Positions 17,765-28,989 of a DNA stretch of 64,000 bases are shown here, piece by piece. The first letter of the stretch is position 1, and each line of letters opens with the position of its first letter. The notes under the pieces were generated by a model. The model was given only the letters and a program-made list of their open reading frames with translations, was not told the DNA's origin and did no database searches. The stretch comes from an uncultured Holophagales bacterium (GTDB lineage: Bacteria > Acidobacteriota > Thermoanaerobaculia > Multivoradales > UBA5704): assembly GCA_963842525.1 (NCBI GenBank), contig CAWJGT010000007.1:82192-146191 (forward strand). Direction: 5' to 3'. Position numbers and translations under genes: made by a program.

Positions 17765-19562
17765 AGGCGAGCCCCTCCTCGTCCTCCGCCGCCGTGAAAC
17801 GCTGGGCTTGGAGAGCGAACATCGTCCGGTAGCGGCCGCCGAGCGCCATCAGCTCCTCGTGGGTGCCGAGCTCGATCACCTTGCCGTGCTCCAGCACACA
17901 GATGCGGTCGGCGTGGCGCACCGTCGAGAAACGGTGCGAAATGAGGATGGTCGTGCAGTGCCGGGTGGCGGCGAGGATGCGGTCGAAGATCTCGGCTTCG
18001 CCGCGTACGTCGAGCTGCGCAGTGGGCTCGTCGAGCAGCACGACTCCTGCGCCCAGCCGCACCGCGCACAGAGCACGGGCGAGTGCGATGCGCTGCCACT
18101 GTCCGCCCGATAGATCGGTGCCTCCCTCATAGCCGCGGGCCAGCACGGTGTCGAGGCTCGCGAGGTCCGCGGCGCCGGCCTCCGCGAGCGCAGTGAGGAC
18201 GGCTGTGTCTTGCACACCATTCAAAACCTTTTGAGGAGCGACGTTGTCGCGCAGTGGCAGCTCGAAGCGGATGAAGTCCTGGAAGACGGCGGTGATGCGT
18301 TCCCGCCACGCGGCGAGATCGAATTCGCGCAGGTCGATCCCGTCGATCTCGATCGCTCCGGCTTGCGGGTCATAGAGCCGGCACAGCAGCTTGGCGAGCG
18401 TGGTTTTGCCAGCGCCGTTCTGGCCCACGATGGCCAGAGACGATCCGGCGGGAATGGTCAGGTCGAAGCCCTCCAGCACCGGAGCGGAGCCGCCGGAAGG
18501 ATACGTGAATGTGACGTTGCGGAAGCAGATCTCATGGACCGGCATGCTGCCTGCCTCGCGGGTCCCGGAGGGCAACGCGCCGCCGGCCTCCATGGCGGGC
18601 TCGAGGCGCAGCACCGCGGCCACCGGTGCCGCGGAGCTGTCGAGCGCCCAGTTGAGCCCGCCGAATGCGATCATTGAAGCGCCGACCGCGCTCTGCGCAT
18701 AGATCACCAGCGCGCCGAGCTCGATCCGGCCGGCGGAGGCGTCATGGGCGAGCGACCAGAACACGAGGACGTTGGCGCCGATCACGAGCAGCATGCTCCA
18801 CAGCAATGGTTTCTCGCGCAGGCGCGTCGCCTCATACTGCAGCTCGTGCAGGCGGGTGCGGCGGTTGATGAAGCGATCGATGACCCAGCCGGCAAGGCCG
18901 AACAGGCGGAGCTCCTTCGCCGCCGGCGGATCAACGGCGAGCCGGTAGGCGTATTCGGCGTCGCGTTGCGCCGCCCGCACCACCTCGGTGTTGCGGTCGT
19001 GCCAGACCGAGCTCTCGCGCAGCAGCCAGTGCGTCGCCAGCCACGCGCCGGCAAGGACGAGAGCCGCCCACCATCGATATCCCGCGAGCACCGCGGCAAA
19101 CGCGAGGCCGGCGATCATCTCGACCAGACCTCCGGCAATGAAGTCCATCGAGATCGAAAGCGGAGGTCCGGTCATGCCGAGATCGAAATCGCGGGCTACC
19201 GTGAGGTCGTTCGTGAGCTTGGGATCTTCGAGATGGCCCATTCCAGGCGGGCGGACACAGGCCGCGGTCAGGCGGTCATAGAGCCAGGCCGAGGTGCGGT
19301 CCCCGAGGTTCGCGCTCACCGCCTGATGGATCGGAGTGAGGACCTGGAGCAGCACGAACACGATCCCGGCGAACGTGAGCGGAGCCGCGAGCCCGGTGCC
19401 CTGCTGTACGGCGGCCACCAGCACGCCCATGGCGATGCCGAACAGGGCGGGCAGAAGGCCCCGCAGCACGAGCACCACCCACCAGACGCCGGCCAGAGCG
19501 CGATCCGCCTTCGGCAGGACAGCGAAGAGCTTCCACTCGTTGCGCTCACGCAGGCGTCGCAT
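17748..19562 (-). CDS. ABC transporter permease/ATP-binding protein (heterodimer partner)
   Basis: GQNGAGKTT, LSGGQWQR, LLDEPT, SHRFST. Confidence 0.92.
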   Translation of the reverse strand: MRRLRERNEWKLFAVLPKADRALAGVWWVVLVLRGLLPALFGIAMGVLVAAVQQGTGLAAPLTFAGIVFVLLQVLTPIHQAVSANLGDRTSAWLYDRLTAACVRPPGMGHLEDPKLTNDLTVARDFDLGMTGPPLSISMDFIAGGLVEMIAGLAFAAVLAGYRWWAALVLAGAWLATHWLLRESSVWHDRNTEVVRAAQRDAEYAYRLAVDPPAAKELRLFGLAGWVIDRFINRRTRLHELQYEATRLREKPLLWSMLLVIGANVLVFWSLAHDASAGRIELGALVIYAQSAVGASMIAFGGLNWALDSSAAPVAAVLRLEPAMEAGGALPSGTREAGSMPVHEICFRNVTFTYPSGGSAPVLEGFDLTIPAGSSLAIVGQNGAGKTTLAKLLCRLYDPQAGAIEIDGIDLREFDLAAWRERITAVFQDFIRFELPLRDNVAPQKVLNGVQDTAVLTALAEAGAADLASLDTVLARGYEGGTDLSGGQWQRIALARALCAVRLGAGVVLLDEPTAQLDVRGEAEIFDRILAATRHCTTILISHRFSTVRHADRICVLEHGKVIELGTHEELMALGGRYRTMFALQAQRFTAAEDEEGLAYDVLS

Positions 19563-19647
19563 CTCGGAATAAGCTTACACCGCATGGAACGTTGCCGGCG
19601 CCAGCGAAAGGGGGTACGCTGATGAGCGGCGAGACAGGGGAGTTGAG

Positions 19648-22389
19648 GTGATCCCTATCCCTGGTCTGGAGACTGACGCGAAAGGGCTCGGAGAAAACCG
19701 CCTGCCGGCGGAGTACGCTCACCATCTCTTCATCAGCTACGCCCGGCAGCCGGATCGGCCGTTGGCGAAACGGATCGAGAGCTTCCTTGAAGGCTTTCAC
19801 CGGACCCTTCGGATGCCCCATCCGGAAGCGGGAGCGAGCCAGGCTCCGGAGCCCTTGCGGGTTTGCGTCGATGGCAGCGACTTCGTGCTGCCGGCTCCCG
19901 ATGCCACGGGTGCGGTGCGCAGCCGCGACATTGACGCGGTGATCTGCGAGCACTTAGCGCAATGCCGGGAGCTCCTGGTGCTTTGCTCGGAGCGGGCGGC
20001 CGCTTCCGCGTTTGTCGAAAGGGAGGTGGCCTGGTTTCTCGAGCATCGCGGGGAAGCCTACGTTCGCGTGGCGCTGACCGAGGGAAACGATCCGCTTCTC
20101 GAACCCGAGAGATACTTTCCCAGGGCCCTCGTCGAGAGAGGCTTCGCGAAGCGCGCCTGTTACGACCTGCGCGGCTTCCGGCAGCGCGAAGCCAAGACTT
20201 GGAACCGAGTGGACGAGCTCGACCGCGAGATGGTGCGACTTGCCGGGGACCTGTTGGGCAAACCGGCGGGTACGCTGTTTCCGACCTGGCTGCGCGAGCA
20301 GCAGTTGCGCCGCGCAAGAAATCGATGGGCCTGGGGCACGGTGGCGGCCTCGATCGTGGCCCTGACTCTGTTCGCCTACAGCCAATACGAAAGCTCGGGA
20401 AAAGAGCGAGCGCTGCGGCAGGCGGCGCAGGCCGAAGAGGAGGCACAACGGGAGCGCGCAAAAGCAGAGAAGCAGCGGGCCGACCTGCGGCAGCTCGAAG
20501 CGGAGATGGCGCGCAAAGAGAGGCAGCAGGAAGCCGAGCGCCGCAAGCTGGCGGAGGAGCGCGAACAGACAGAACAGGCGCTTCGCCGGGCTGCGCAAGC
20601 CTTCGAGACCCTCTATCGCGATCCATATGAGGCCTTGCATCTGGCGGATCTTTCGCGCTCACAGCGCCGCCTGCCCGAAGCCGAGCGGGCGCTGGAATCC
20701 GCGTTCCGATCCGCGGTGAGCCGCGCCGAGAATCGCAGGGACTACACGGCGCTCACGGGTAGCGGGCCCGGCTACCTGGCACGGCGATGGAGACAGGGCG
20801 ACGTCTACTCCTATGTGAGTCCCGACGGACGGCACGTCCTTCTGGTGACCAAGCGGGCGCCTGACGGTGCGCATACGGAAGACGGCAAGGAGATGGCCGG
20901 CGACGTCTACCTGCTCGACCAGGAAACGCTGCGGGTGCGCGAGCTCAGCTCCTGCGATCCCTCCGACAGGGGAAGGGTGGAGTATGCAGGCTTCGACGCA
21001 TCCGGCCAGAGAGTGCTGCTAACACGCTATTTCCATTTTCAGGCGTACTCATTGGACGGTGCTTGCCAGGGTAAGGTGAACTTCAGCGAACACACCAAGT
21101 CTCCCATCCATCTGGTGGGCGGCTACGTGCTCGGCCGGTTCGTGATCGGTGCCGATTCCAAGGGCGGTATCTGGTATCGCGAGCCGGACGGGAAAAGCCG
21201 CGGCGAGATCCGCCCGGAATGGCCGCGCGAGCGCGATCCCGCCATTGCGTTTGCGATTCGCCCCGACGGCCGCGCCGCCACGATCGTGTTCGAATCGGGC
21301 AAGGCCGTGGAGGTACTGTTCGAAGCCGCCGGCAAGCACAAGGAGAGGCTGTTGCGGAAGACGGGCGTGCTCTGCGCGGTGTATCAGCCGGGTGGGGAAA
21401 CGCTGGCATTGGGGGATGAATCGGGCCGGGTCCATCTGTTCAAGCGCGGAGTCGAGGTGCACGGATCGAGCGTCGCGAGCAGCGCGATCGAAGAGCTTGC
21501 CTTCGCCGATCAGGGGCATCGGCTGATCGCGGTATCCGCCGATCCAGGCGTTGTGTTGCTTTCCGTCGAATCCGGAGCTGCGAAGCCGGTCCGCTCCTCG
21601 ATGGGCGAATACGAGAAATGGGTGCGGCGCGTGCCCGTTCCCCGGGTGCGCCACTTTCGGGCGCTGGCCGATCAGCTCGGCCAGCCGATGGCCCGGGAGG
21701 CCATCCAGACGGCTATTGTGAAAACCGAAGAGGCGGGTGGCCGCACCTTTCTCTTCACACAGGCAGAGAATCGCTTCTATCCCGAAGTTGCCTACGTGTC
21801 GGAAGGAACGCAATTCCGGGCGTTGGACAACGAGGAAGACCCTGTCATCCAAGTGCACGAGTATCTGGGCCGGGCCTGGCTTGCGACGGAGCAGGGCCGG
21901 TTGCTCGAGCTGGATGAGGATTGGACGCAGTCGCGGCTGCCCCACAAGGCGCGCTTCCTGCGTGCCCGGGTCATTGACGGGAGTCTCTGGGTGGGTACGA
22001 CGGCCGGACTTTATGTTCTGGAGGGAGTGAACGCAAATCAGTTGATCAGCGCGGAAGCCGCGATTCTTGACATTGTGCCTGCGGGTCAGAAGGTGTGGAT
22101 TGCCACGAACCGCGGAGCCTATCTGCGCGACGAGGACGGCCAGTTCTATCGGGTGACGGAGAGCTTCCGAAACATCCGGTCGATTCAGATGATCGGTGAT
22201 TTCGTGTGGATGCTGACGGGCACGGAATCGGAACCCGGGCCGGCGCTCGTGGGGGCAGGTTTGCGCTTTCGGCCGGTGCCGGGCAGAGCGAGCCGCGTGA
22301 CCGGGCTGGTGGAGGAGAACGGCGATGTTCTGCTGGCGACCCCGGCAGGGACACTGCGATTTCGCGACGGTGAGCTGAGGGGAAACTGA
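19648..22389 (+). CDS. TIR domain - TM helix - coiled coil - WD40/beta-propeller protein
   Basis: LFISYAR, LLVLCSERAAASAFVEREVAWF; WAWGTVAASIVALTLFAY; E/R/A/Q-rich coil; SPDGRHV, RPDGR, QPGGETLA repeats. Confidence 0.8.
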   Translation: MIPIPGLETDAKGLGENRLPAEYAHHLFISYARQPDRPLAKRIESFLEGFHRTLRMPHPEAGASQAPEPLRVCVDGSDFVLPAPDATGAVRSRDIDAVICEHLAQCRELLVLCSERAAASAFVEREVAWFLEHRGEAYVRVALTEGNDPLLEPERYFPRALVERGFAKRACYDLRGFRQREAKTWNRVDELDREMVRLAGDLLGKPAGTLFPTWLREQQLRRARNRWAWGTVAASIVALTLFAYSQYESSGKERALRQAAQAEEEAQRERAKAEKQRADLRQLEAEMARKERQQEAERRKLAEEREQTEQALRRAAQAFETLYRDPYEALHLADLSRSQRRLPEAERALESAFRSAVSRAENRRDYTALTGSGPGYLARRWRQGDVYSYVSPDGRHVLLVTKRAPDGAHTEDGKEMAGDVYLLDQETLRVRELSSCDPSDRGRVEYAGFDASGQRVLLTRYFHFQAYSLDGACQGKVNFSEHTKSPIHLVGGYVLGRFVIGADSKGGIWYREPDGKSRGEIRPEWPRERDPAIAFAIRPDGRAATIVFESGKAVEVLFEAAGKHKERLLRKTGVLCAVYQPGGETLALGDESGRVHLFKRGVEVHGSSVASSAIEELAFADQGHRLIAVSADPGVVLLSVESGAAKPVRSSMGEYEKWVRRVPVPRVRHFRALADQLGQPMAREAIQTAIVKTEEAGGRTFLFTQAENRFYPEVAYVSEGTQFRALDNEEDPVIQVHEYLGRAWLATEQGRLLELDEDWTQSRLPHKARFLRARVIDGSLWVGTTAGLYVLEGVNANQLISAEAAILDIVPAGQKVWIATNRGAYLRDEDGQFYRVTESFRNIRSIQMIGDFVWMLTGTESEPGPALVGAGLRFRPVPGRASRVTGLVEENGDVLLATPAGTLRFRDGELRGN

Positions 22390-22403
22390 GACAGCCGCCC
22401 GCC

Positions 22404-24343
22404 TCACTCCACCGCCAGAGCGATCTGGTTGGCGAAGGCTTCGAGGAGGTGCAGCCGGTCGGGCGCGACGAGGAGACGGGGGTCCGCCGGGTGAACGCCG
22501 AGGACCCCGACGATGCCGCGCGAGGTGCGTAGCGGGAGGTAGAGGCCCTTGGCGGCGGGGAGAGTGTCGGTGGTCTTGCCCGCCATTCTCCCGTGGTCGT
22601 GGACCCATTGGGCCACGGCCTGCTCCCGGACGTCGAAGAGGTAGGTCACAGATTCCGAAGCCCTTACGGACAGATGGCCCGCCGGGTCGGGCAGCAGGAG
22701 GAGGACCTGGCTGAGGAAAACCTCCTTGATGTGGCGGGCCGCGGCCTGGAGGATGGCCTCTTCGTCGGCAGCGGCGGCCAGGTCGCGGCTCATGGCATAG
22801 AGGGCCGCGGTGCGCGCCTCGCGGTCCCGCGCCGCCTCGGCCTGCTGGCGCAGCCGCGCCGTCAGGGTCGAGATCACCAGGCCGGTGAGGAGCATCACCG
22901 CGAAAGTGATCAGGTACTCGGTGTCCGAAACGGCGAAGGTCAGGTACGGTTTGACGAAGAAGAAATCGAAGGCGGCCACGGAGAGGACCGAGGCCAGCAC
23001 CGCCGGCCCTCTCCCCAGCCATGCCGCGGCTCCCGACCACGCCGAGGAGGAACACCATCACCAGGTTGACGGGCTCCAGGGCCCCGAACAGCAGGGCCGA
23101 GATCCCAGTGCACAGGGCGACCACGCCCAGGCTCCAGAGATAGGCTCGCGCGGGGGTCCGCGGGCGGCCGCTCCAAGCCGCCGGGGCGGTCCATCCCGCC
23201 CCCTCTTCGCCCGAGATGACGTAGATATCGATCTCGTCGCTGTTGCGTTCGAGGTCGTCCCGTACCGAGCCGAAGAGGACGTCCCGCCAGCGCGGGTGGG
23301 CCGGCTTGCCCACCACGATCTTGGAGACGTTGCGCCGCCGGGCATACTTGAGGATCTCCTCGGCCGGGCGCTGTCCCGGTGAGGACCGCCGTCTCCGCTC
23401 CCAGCTTCTCGGCCAGCCGCAGGGTCTGCCAGACGCGGTCCTTGTCCTTCTGCGGGAGACGGACCTCGGCAGGGGTCTCCACATAGACCACCAGCCACTC
23501 GGCCCGCAGGCGCTCGGCCAGGCGGCGGGCCGCCCGCACCAGCCGCGCCGAATCCGGGCCGGAGCTGACCGCCAGCAGGATGCGCTCGGCGATCGGCCAG
23601 GTCTCGGCGATGCCGTGGAGCTGCCGGTAGCGCTGCATCTGCGCGTCGACCCGCTCGGCGGTCTTGCGCAGGGCCAGCTCGCGCAGGGCGATCAGGTTGC
23701 CCGGCCGGAAGAACTGCTGGACCGCCCGCTCCGCCTGATCGGGGACATAAACCTTCCCCTCCTCGAGCCGCCGGATCAGCTCCTCGGCCGGCAGGTCCAC
23801 CAGCTCCACCTGGTCGGCGCGGTCGAAGAAGGAGTCGGGCACGGTCTCGCGCACAGCGACGCCCGTGATCTTGCCGACCAGGTCGTTCAGGCTCTCCAGG
23901 TGCTGGACATTGATGGCGGTCCGGACGTCGAGCCCGGCGGCCAGCAGCTCGTCCACGTCCTGCCAGCGCCGGGCGTGGCGCGAGCCCGGCGCGTTGGTAT
24001 GGGCCAGCTCGTCGACGAGGATCACCGCCGGTCGGCGGGCGAGCGCGGCGTCGAGGTCGAAATCCTTCAGGACGATGCCCCGGTGCTCCACGGCCCGCGG
24101 CGGCAGGATCTCCAAACCCGACAGCAGGGCTTCGGTCTCTTTGCGGCCATGCGTGTCCACCCAGCCCACGACGACATCCACGCCACGCCGCCGCAGCTCG
24201 TGGGCCGCCTCCAGCATGGCGTAGGTCTTCCCCACCCCGGCCGTGGCGCCGAAGAAAATCTTGAGCTTGCCGCGCTGCGCGCTCTCCTCCTCGGCCTGGG
24301 CGAGGGCGAGCAGGGCGTCGGGATCAGGGCGGTCGGCGGTCAC
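22404..24343 (-). CDS. kdpD: KdpD sensor lacking the kinase domain (KdpD, Usp, TM and GAF domains; two indels)
   Basis: [39 protein letters not shown]; ends at [10 protein letters not shown]. Confidence 0.85.
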
Positions 24344-24972
24344 CCCTGCGCCTCCGGGCCCTCACCCCCTCGATCCCCCTCTCCCATCCGCACTCCCTGT
24401 CCCCCGGGAGAGGGGGAGGAATCCAACGCGAGATTGAGTTTCAGCACGTTGACTCGCGGCTCGCCGAGGACGCCGAAGGTGCGGCCCTCGACGTGCTCCT
24501 CGACCAGCCGGCGGACCGCCGCGGGATCGAGGCCGCGAGCGGCGGCCACCCGCTCCACCTGATAGAAGGCCGCGGCCGGCGAGATGTGCGGGTCGAGGCC
24601 GCTCCCCGAGGTGGTGACGAGGTCCACCGGGACCGGCCCTTTTCCGGGATGCGCGGCCTGGATGCGCGCGACGTCCGCCTTCACGCGGTCGAGGAGCGCC
24701 GGGTTGATCGGGCCCAGGTTGGAGCCGGACGAGGCGGCGGCGTTGTAGGCCGGCGCAGTGGCGGACGGGCGGCTCCAGAAATAGCTCGGGCCTGCGAACG
24801 GCTGCCCGATCAGCTCGGAGCCAACGGCCTTGCCATCCCGCTCGATCAGGCTGCCGTTCGCCTGATGGGGAAAGACGAGCTGCGCGATGCCGGTCACGAG
24901 CAGAGGATAGACCAGGCCGGTGACCACGGTCAGAACGAGGAAGATCAGAACGGCGGTGACAAGGTTTCTCAT
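24340..24972 (-). CDS. kdpC: K+-transporting ATPase subunit C; C-terminus reads through a REP
   Basis: [45 protein letters not shown]. Confidence 0.93.
   Translation of the reverse strand: MRNLVTAVLIFLVLTVVTGLVYPLLVTGIAQLVFPHQANGSLIERDGKAVGSELIGQPFAGPSYFWSRPSATAPAYNAAASSGSNLGPINPALLDRVKADVARIQAAHPGKGPVPVDLVTTSGSGLDPHISPAAAFYQVERVAAARGLDPAAVRRLVEEHVEGRTFGVLGEPRVNVLKLNLALDSSPSPGGQGVRMGEGDRGGEGPEAQG
24356..24420. repeat. Single family A REP inside the 3' end of kdpC
   Basis: CCCTCACCCCCTCGATCCCCCTCTCCCATCC..CCGGGAGAGGGGG. Confidence 0.7.
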
Positions 24973-24974
24973 GG

Positions 24975-27044
24975 CTACACGAGCCTCAGGGCCTGGAGGA
25001 GGAGATCGATCAGCTTGATGCCGACGAAGGGGACGATCACCCCTCCCAGGCCATAGATCAGAAGGTTGTCGCGCAGCAGGCGCGAGGCCGAATGGCGGCG
25101 GAACTTGACGCCCCGCAACGCCAGCGGGATCAGCGCGATGATGATCAGGGCGTTGAAGATGACGGCCGACAGGATCGCGCTCTGCGGGCTCGCCAGGTGC
25201 ATCACGTTGAGCCGGTCGAGCACCGGATAGGTGGTGGCGAAGGCCGCCGGGATGATGGCGAAGTACTTGGCCACGTCGTTGGCGATGGAGAACGTGGTCG
25301 AGCGTGCCGCGGGTGATCAGGAGCTGCTTGCCGATCTCCACGGTCTCGAGGAGCTTGGTGGGGTTGGAGTCGAGGTCCACCAGGTTCGCCGCCTCCTTGG
25401 CCGCCTGGGTGCCGGCGTTCATCGCCACGGCCACGTCGGCCTGGGCGAGCGCCGGCGCGTCGTTGGTGCCGTCGCCGGTCATCGCGACCAGCCGCCCGCC
25501 CGCCTGGTACTCGCGGATGAGCTTCAGCTTGGCCTCGGGCGTGGCCTGCGCCAGGAAGTCGTCGACCCCGGCCTCGGCGGCGACGGCCGCCGCGGTCAGC
25601 GGATTGTCGCCGGTGATCATCACCGTCTTGATGCCCATGGCGCGCAACTGGGCGAAACGCTCGCGGATGCCGCCCTTGACGATGTCCTTGAGGTGGATCA
25701 CCCCGAGCACCTGCGCCCTCCTCGGCGACCACCAGAGGCGTGCCGCCGGAGCGTGCGATCGTCTCGACCTTGCTGCGAACATCGGCCGGGAACGTGCCTC
25801 CAAGAGAGATGACGAACGCCTCGACGGCGTCGGCAGCGCCTTTGCGGAGCTTGCGTCCGTTCAGGTCCACTCCGCTCATGCGCGTCTGCGCGGTGAACGG
25901 CACGAAATGGGCGCCCAGCGTATGGATGTCGCGCTCGCGGATCTTGTATTTCTCCTTGGCGAGCACCACGATGCTGCGTCCTTCGGGGGTCTCGTCGGCC
26001 AGCGACGAGAGCTGGGCCGCGTCGGCGAAACGCGCCTCTCCGATCCCCTCGGCATGCAGGAATTCGGTGGCCTGCCGGTTGCCCAGGGTGATCGTGCCGG
26101 TCTTGTCGAGCAGCAGCACGTCGACGTCTCCCGCCGCCTCCACCGCGCGGCCGGACATGGCGATGACGTTCGCCTGGATCATGCGGTCCATGCCGGCAAT
26201 GCCGATGGCGGAGAGAAGGCCGCCGATCGTCGTCGGGATCAGGCAGACGAGGAGCGCCGTCAGCACCGTGACGGTCACCGGCGAGCCCACGCCGGCCGAG
26301 GTGACGCTGTAGATCGAGAACGGCAGCAGCGTGACGGTCGCGATGAGAAAGATGAGGGTGAGCGCGGCGAGGAGGATGAGACAGGGCGATCTCGTTCGGC
26401 GTCTTCTGGCGCTTCGCCCCCTCGACGAGCGCGATCATGCGGTCGAGGAAGGTCTCGCCGGGATTGGCCGTGATGCGGATGATCAGCCAGTCGGAGAGCA
26501 CCTGGGTGCCGCCCGTCACCGAGCTGCGGTCGCCGCCGCTCTCGCGGATCACCGGCGCGCTCTCGCCGGTGACCGCCGCCTCGTTGACCGAGGCTGCGCC
26601 CTCGATCACCTCGCCGTCGCCCGGGATGGTGTCTCCTGCCTCGACGAGGACGATGTCTCCTTTTCTGAGATCCGTCGAAGACACCTCGCTGCGGGGCGCA
26701 CCAAATCGAGCCTCGCCGAGCTTTTTCGCCGCCGTCGTGCGCCGGGTCTGCCGCAGGGCCGCGGCCTGCGCCTTGCCTCGGCCTTCCGCCATGGCCTCGG
26801 CGAAGTTGGCGAACAGCACGGTAAACCACAGCCAGAGGGCCACCGCCAGGATGAAGCCGGCGGGCGCCTCGCCCCGGCCGACCAGCGCCTGGATGAACAG
26901 ACCCGTGGTGAGGAAGCTTCCGACGTAGACCACGAACATCACCGGGTTGCGCACCATCCGCCGCGGATCGAGCTTGCGGAAGGAATCCTTGATCGCCGCG
27001 CGGACGATCTTGGGATCGAAGAGCGATTTCTGACGCTTGGACAT
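24975..27044 (-). CDS. kdpB: K+-transporting ATPase subunit B (several indels)
   Basis: [37 protein letters not shown]. Confidence 0.93.
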
Positions 27045-27047
27045 GGC

Positions 27048-28788
27048 TCAGATTCCTCCGGCCGTCATCTGCAGGTGCTCGACGATGGGACCGAGCGCCA
27101 GCGCCGGGAAGAAGGTCAAGCGCTCCCACCAGCACGACCACGCCGATCAGGAACACGACGAAGAGAGGCGTGTGCGTGGGCAGCGTCCCCGGCCCGGCCG
27201 GCACCAGCTTCTTCTTCGCCAGCGACCCGGCGATCGCCAGCGTCGGAATGGCCAGCCAGAAGCGGGCGAAGAGCATGGCGATGCCGCCGGTGGTGTTGTA
27301 GAACGGGTTGTTGGCGCCCAGGCCTGCGAAGGCGCTGCCGTTGTTGTTGCCCTGCGACGTGAAGGCGTAGAGCACCTCGGAGAAACCGTGGGCGGCCGGG
27401 TTGAAGATCGTCTTGAGGCCCGGTTCCGCGACCACCGCCAGGGCAGTCAACCCCAGCACGACGAACGGATGGAATGAGAACGACCAGCGACGCCATCTTC
27501 ATCTCATAGGCCTCGATCTTCTTGCCCAGGTACTCCGGCGTGCGGCCCACCATGAGGCCGGCGATGAAGACCGCGACGAAGACGAAGACCAGCATGCCGT
27601 AGAGGCCCGAGCCGACGCCGCCGAAGATCACCTCGCTGAACTGCATGAGGAAGAGCGGCACGAGGCCGCCGAGCGGCGTGTAGGAGTCGTGCATCGAGTT
27701 GACCGAGCCGTTCGAGGCCGCCGTCGTCGCCGATGCCCAGAGGGCGGAATTGGCGATGCCGAAGCGCACCTCCTTGCCTTCCATGTTGCCGCCGGACTGC
27801 AGCGCGCTCGCCTGCTGATCGATTCCGAGCCGGTCGAAGACCGGGTTGCCTGCCTGCTCCTGGCCTGTAGCACAGCGCCAGCAAAGGCAGGAGCGATCAA
27901 CGTCATGGCGGCGAGCACCGCCCAGCCCTGGCGGGTATCACCCACCATGCGACCGAAGGTGTAGCAGAGGGCGGCCGGCGATCAGCAGGATCGACAGCAT
28001 TTCGAGGAAGTCGGAGAGCGGCGTCGGGTTCTCGAACGGATGGGCGGAGTTGGCGTTGAAGAAACCGCCGCCGTTGGTGCCGAGCTGCTTGATCGCGACC
28101 TGCGAAGGCCGACCGGCCCGCACGGCCAGCACTCTGCCTCGGCCCGCGGTCTTCGAGGAGGGTCACCGTCCTGGACGGCGAAGCGTCTGCACGACGCCCT
28201 GCGACACGAGGACCAGGGCCAGGACCAGCGACAGCGGCAGCAGGATGTAGAGCGTCGTCCGGGTCAGGTCGACCCAGAAGTTGCCGATCGTCTTGGCGTT
28301 CCTGCGCACCAGGCCGCGGATGAACGCCACCAGGACCGCCATGCCGGCGGCCGCCGAGACGAAATTCTGCACCGTGAGCCCCAGCATCTGCGTCAGGTAG
28401 CTCATCGTCGTCTCGCCGCCGTAGCCCTGCCAGTTGGTGTTGGTCACGAAGCTCGACGGCGGTGTTGAACGACGAGTCAGGAGTCACCGCCGGCAACGAC
28501 TGCGGGTTCCAGCGGCAGCAGCCCCTGCAGGCGCTGCAGCGCGTAGAGGAAGACGAAGCCCACGACGCTGAACAGCAGCATGGAGAACGCATAGACCTTC
28601 CAGTCCATCTCCTCGTCCGGGCGCACGCCGCTCAGGCGGTAGATCAGCCGCTCGACGGGGCCCAGGACGCGGTCGAGGCCGAACGGCTTGCCCTCGTAGA
28701 CGCGCGCCATGTAGGCGCCGAGCGGCTTGGCGAGGGCCAGCAGGACGACGAAGAAGAAGCCGATCTGAAGCAGTCCGTTGGCAGTCAT
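27048..28788 (-). CDS. kdpA: K+-transporting ATPase subunit A (multiple indels)
   Basis: [41 protein letters not shown] spread over several frames. Confidence 0.92.
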
Positions 28789-28877
28789 CAGAATCGCTCC
28801 GGTTTCAGCAGGGCCGCGAACAGGTAGACGGTCAGCAGCACCGTCACCACGAGGCCGAGGACGTAGAGGCCGTTCAT
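28788..28877 (-). CDS. kdpF: KdpF peptide (29 aa)
   Basis: Own translation MNGLYVLGLVVTVLLTVYLFAALLKPERF*; stop abuts the kdpA ATG. Confidence 0.85.
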   Translation of the reverse strand: MNGLYVLGLVVTVLLTVYLFAALLKPERF

Positions 28878-28978
28878 TTCTTTTCCTCCTCCGCCGGTGC
28901 CAGGGAAGCGCAGAGGCGCACGAACCACCAGGATGCTGCGAAGAAGATGAGGGTCAGGGCAATGTAAAGGAAATCCAT
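28874..28978 (-). CDS. Second small membrane peptide upstream of kdpF (34 aa)
   Basis: MDFLYIALTLIFFAASWWFVRLCASLAPAEEEKK; GGAGG RBS; overlaps the kdpF start. Confidence 0.7.
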   Translation of the reverse strand: MDFLYIALTLIFFAASWWFVRLCASLAPAEEEKK

Positions 28979-28989
28979 GGTGTCCTCCG

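Noticed and set aside
15928-19562. ABC pair as the dedicated transporter of the DPNG peptide
   Set aside because: It is separated by IS66 and gene debris, has no peptidase domain, and looks like a generic heterodimeric exporter.
22404-28788. kdp operon pseudogenisation or programmed frameshifting
   Set aside because: The breaks are scattered single-base indels with all motifs intact, and the same pattern occurs in unrelated genes. Sequencing error is more parsimonious, though reads are needed to confirm.
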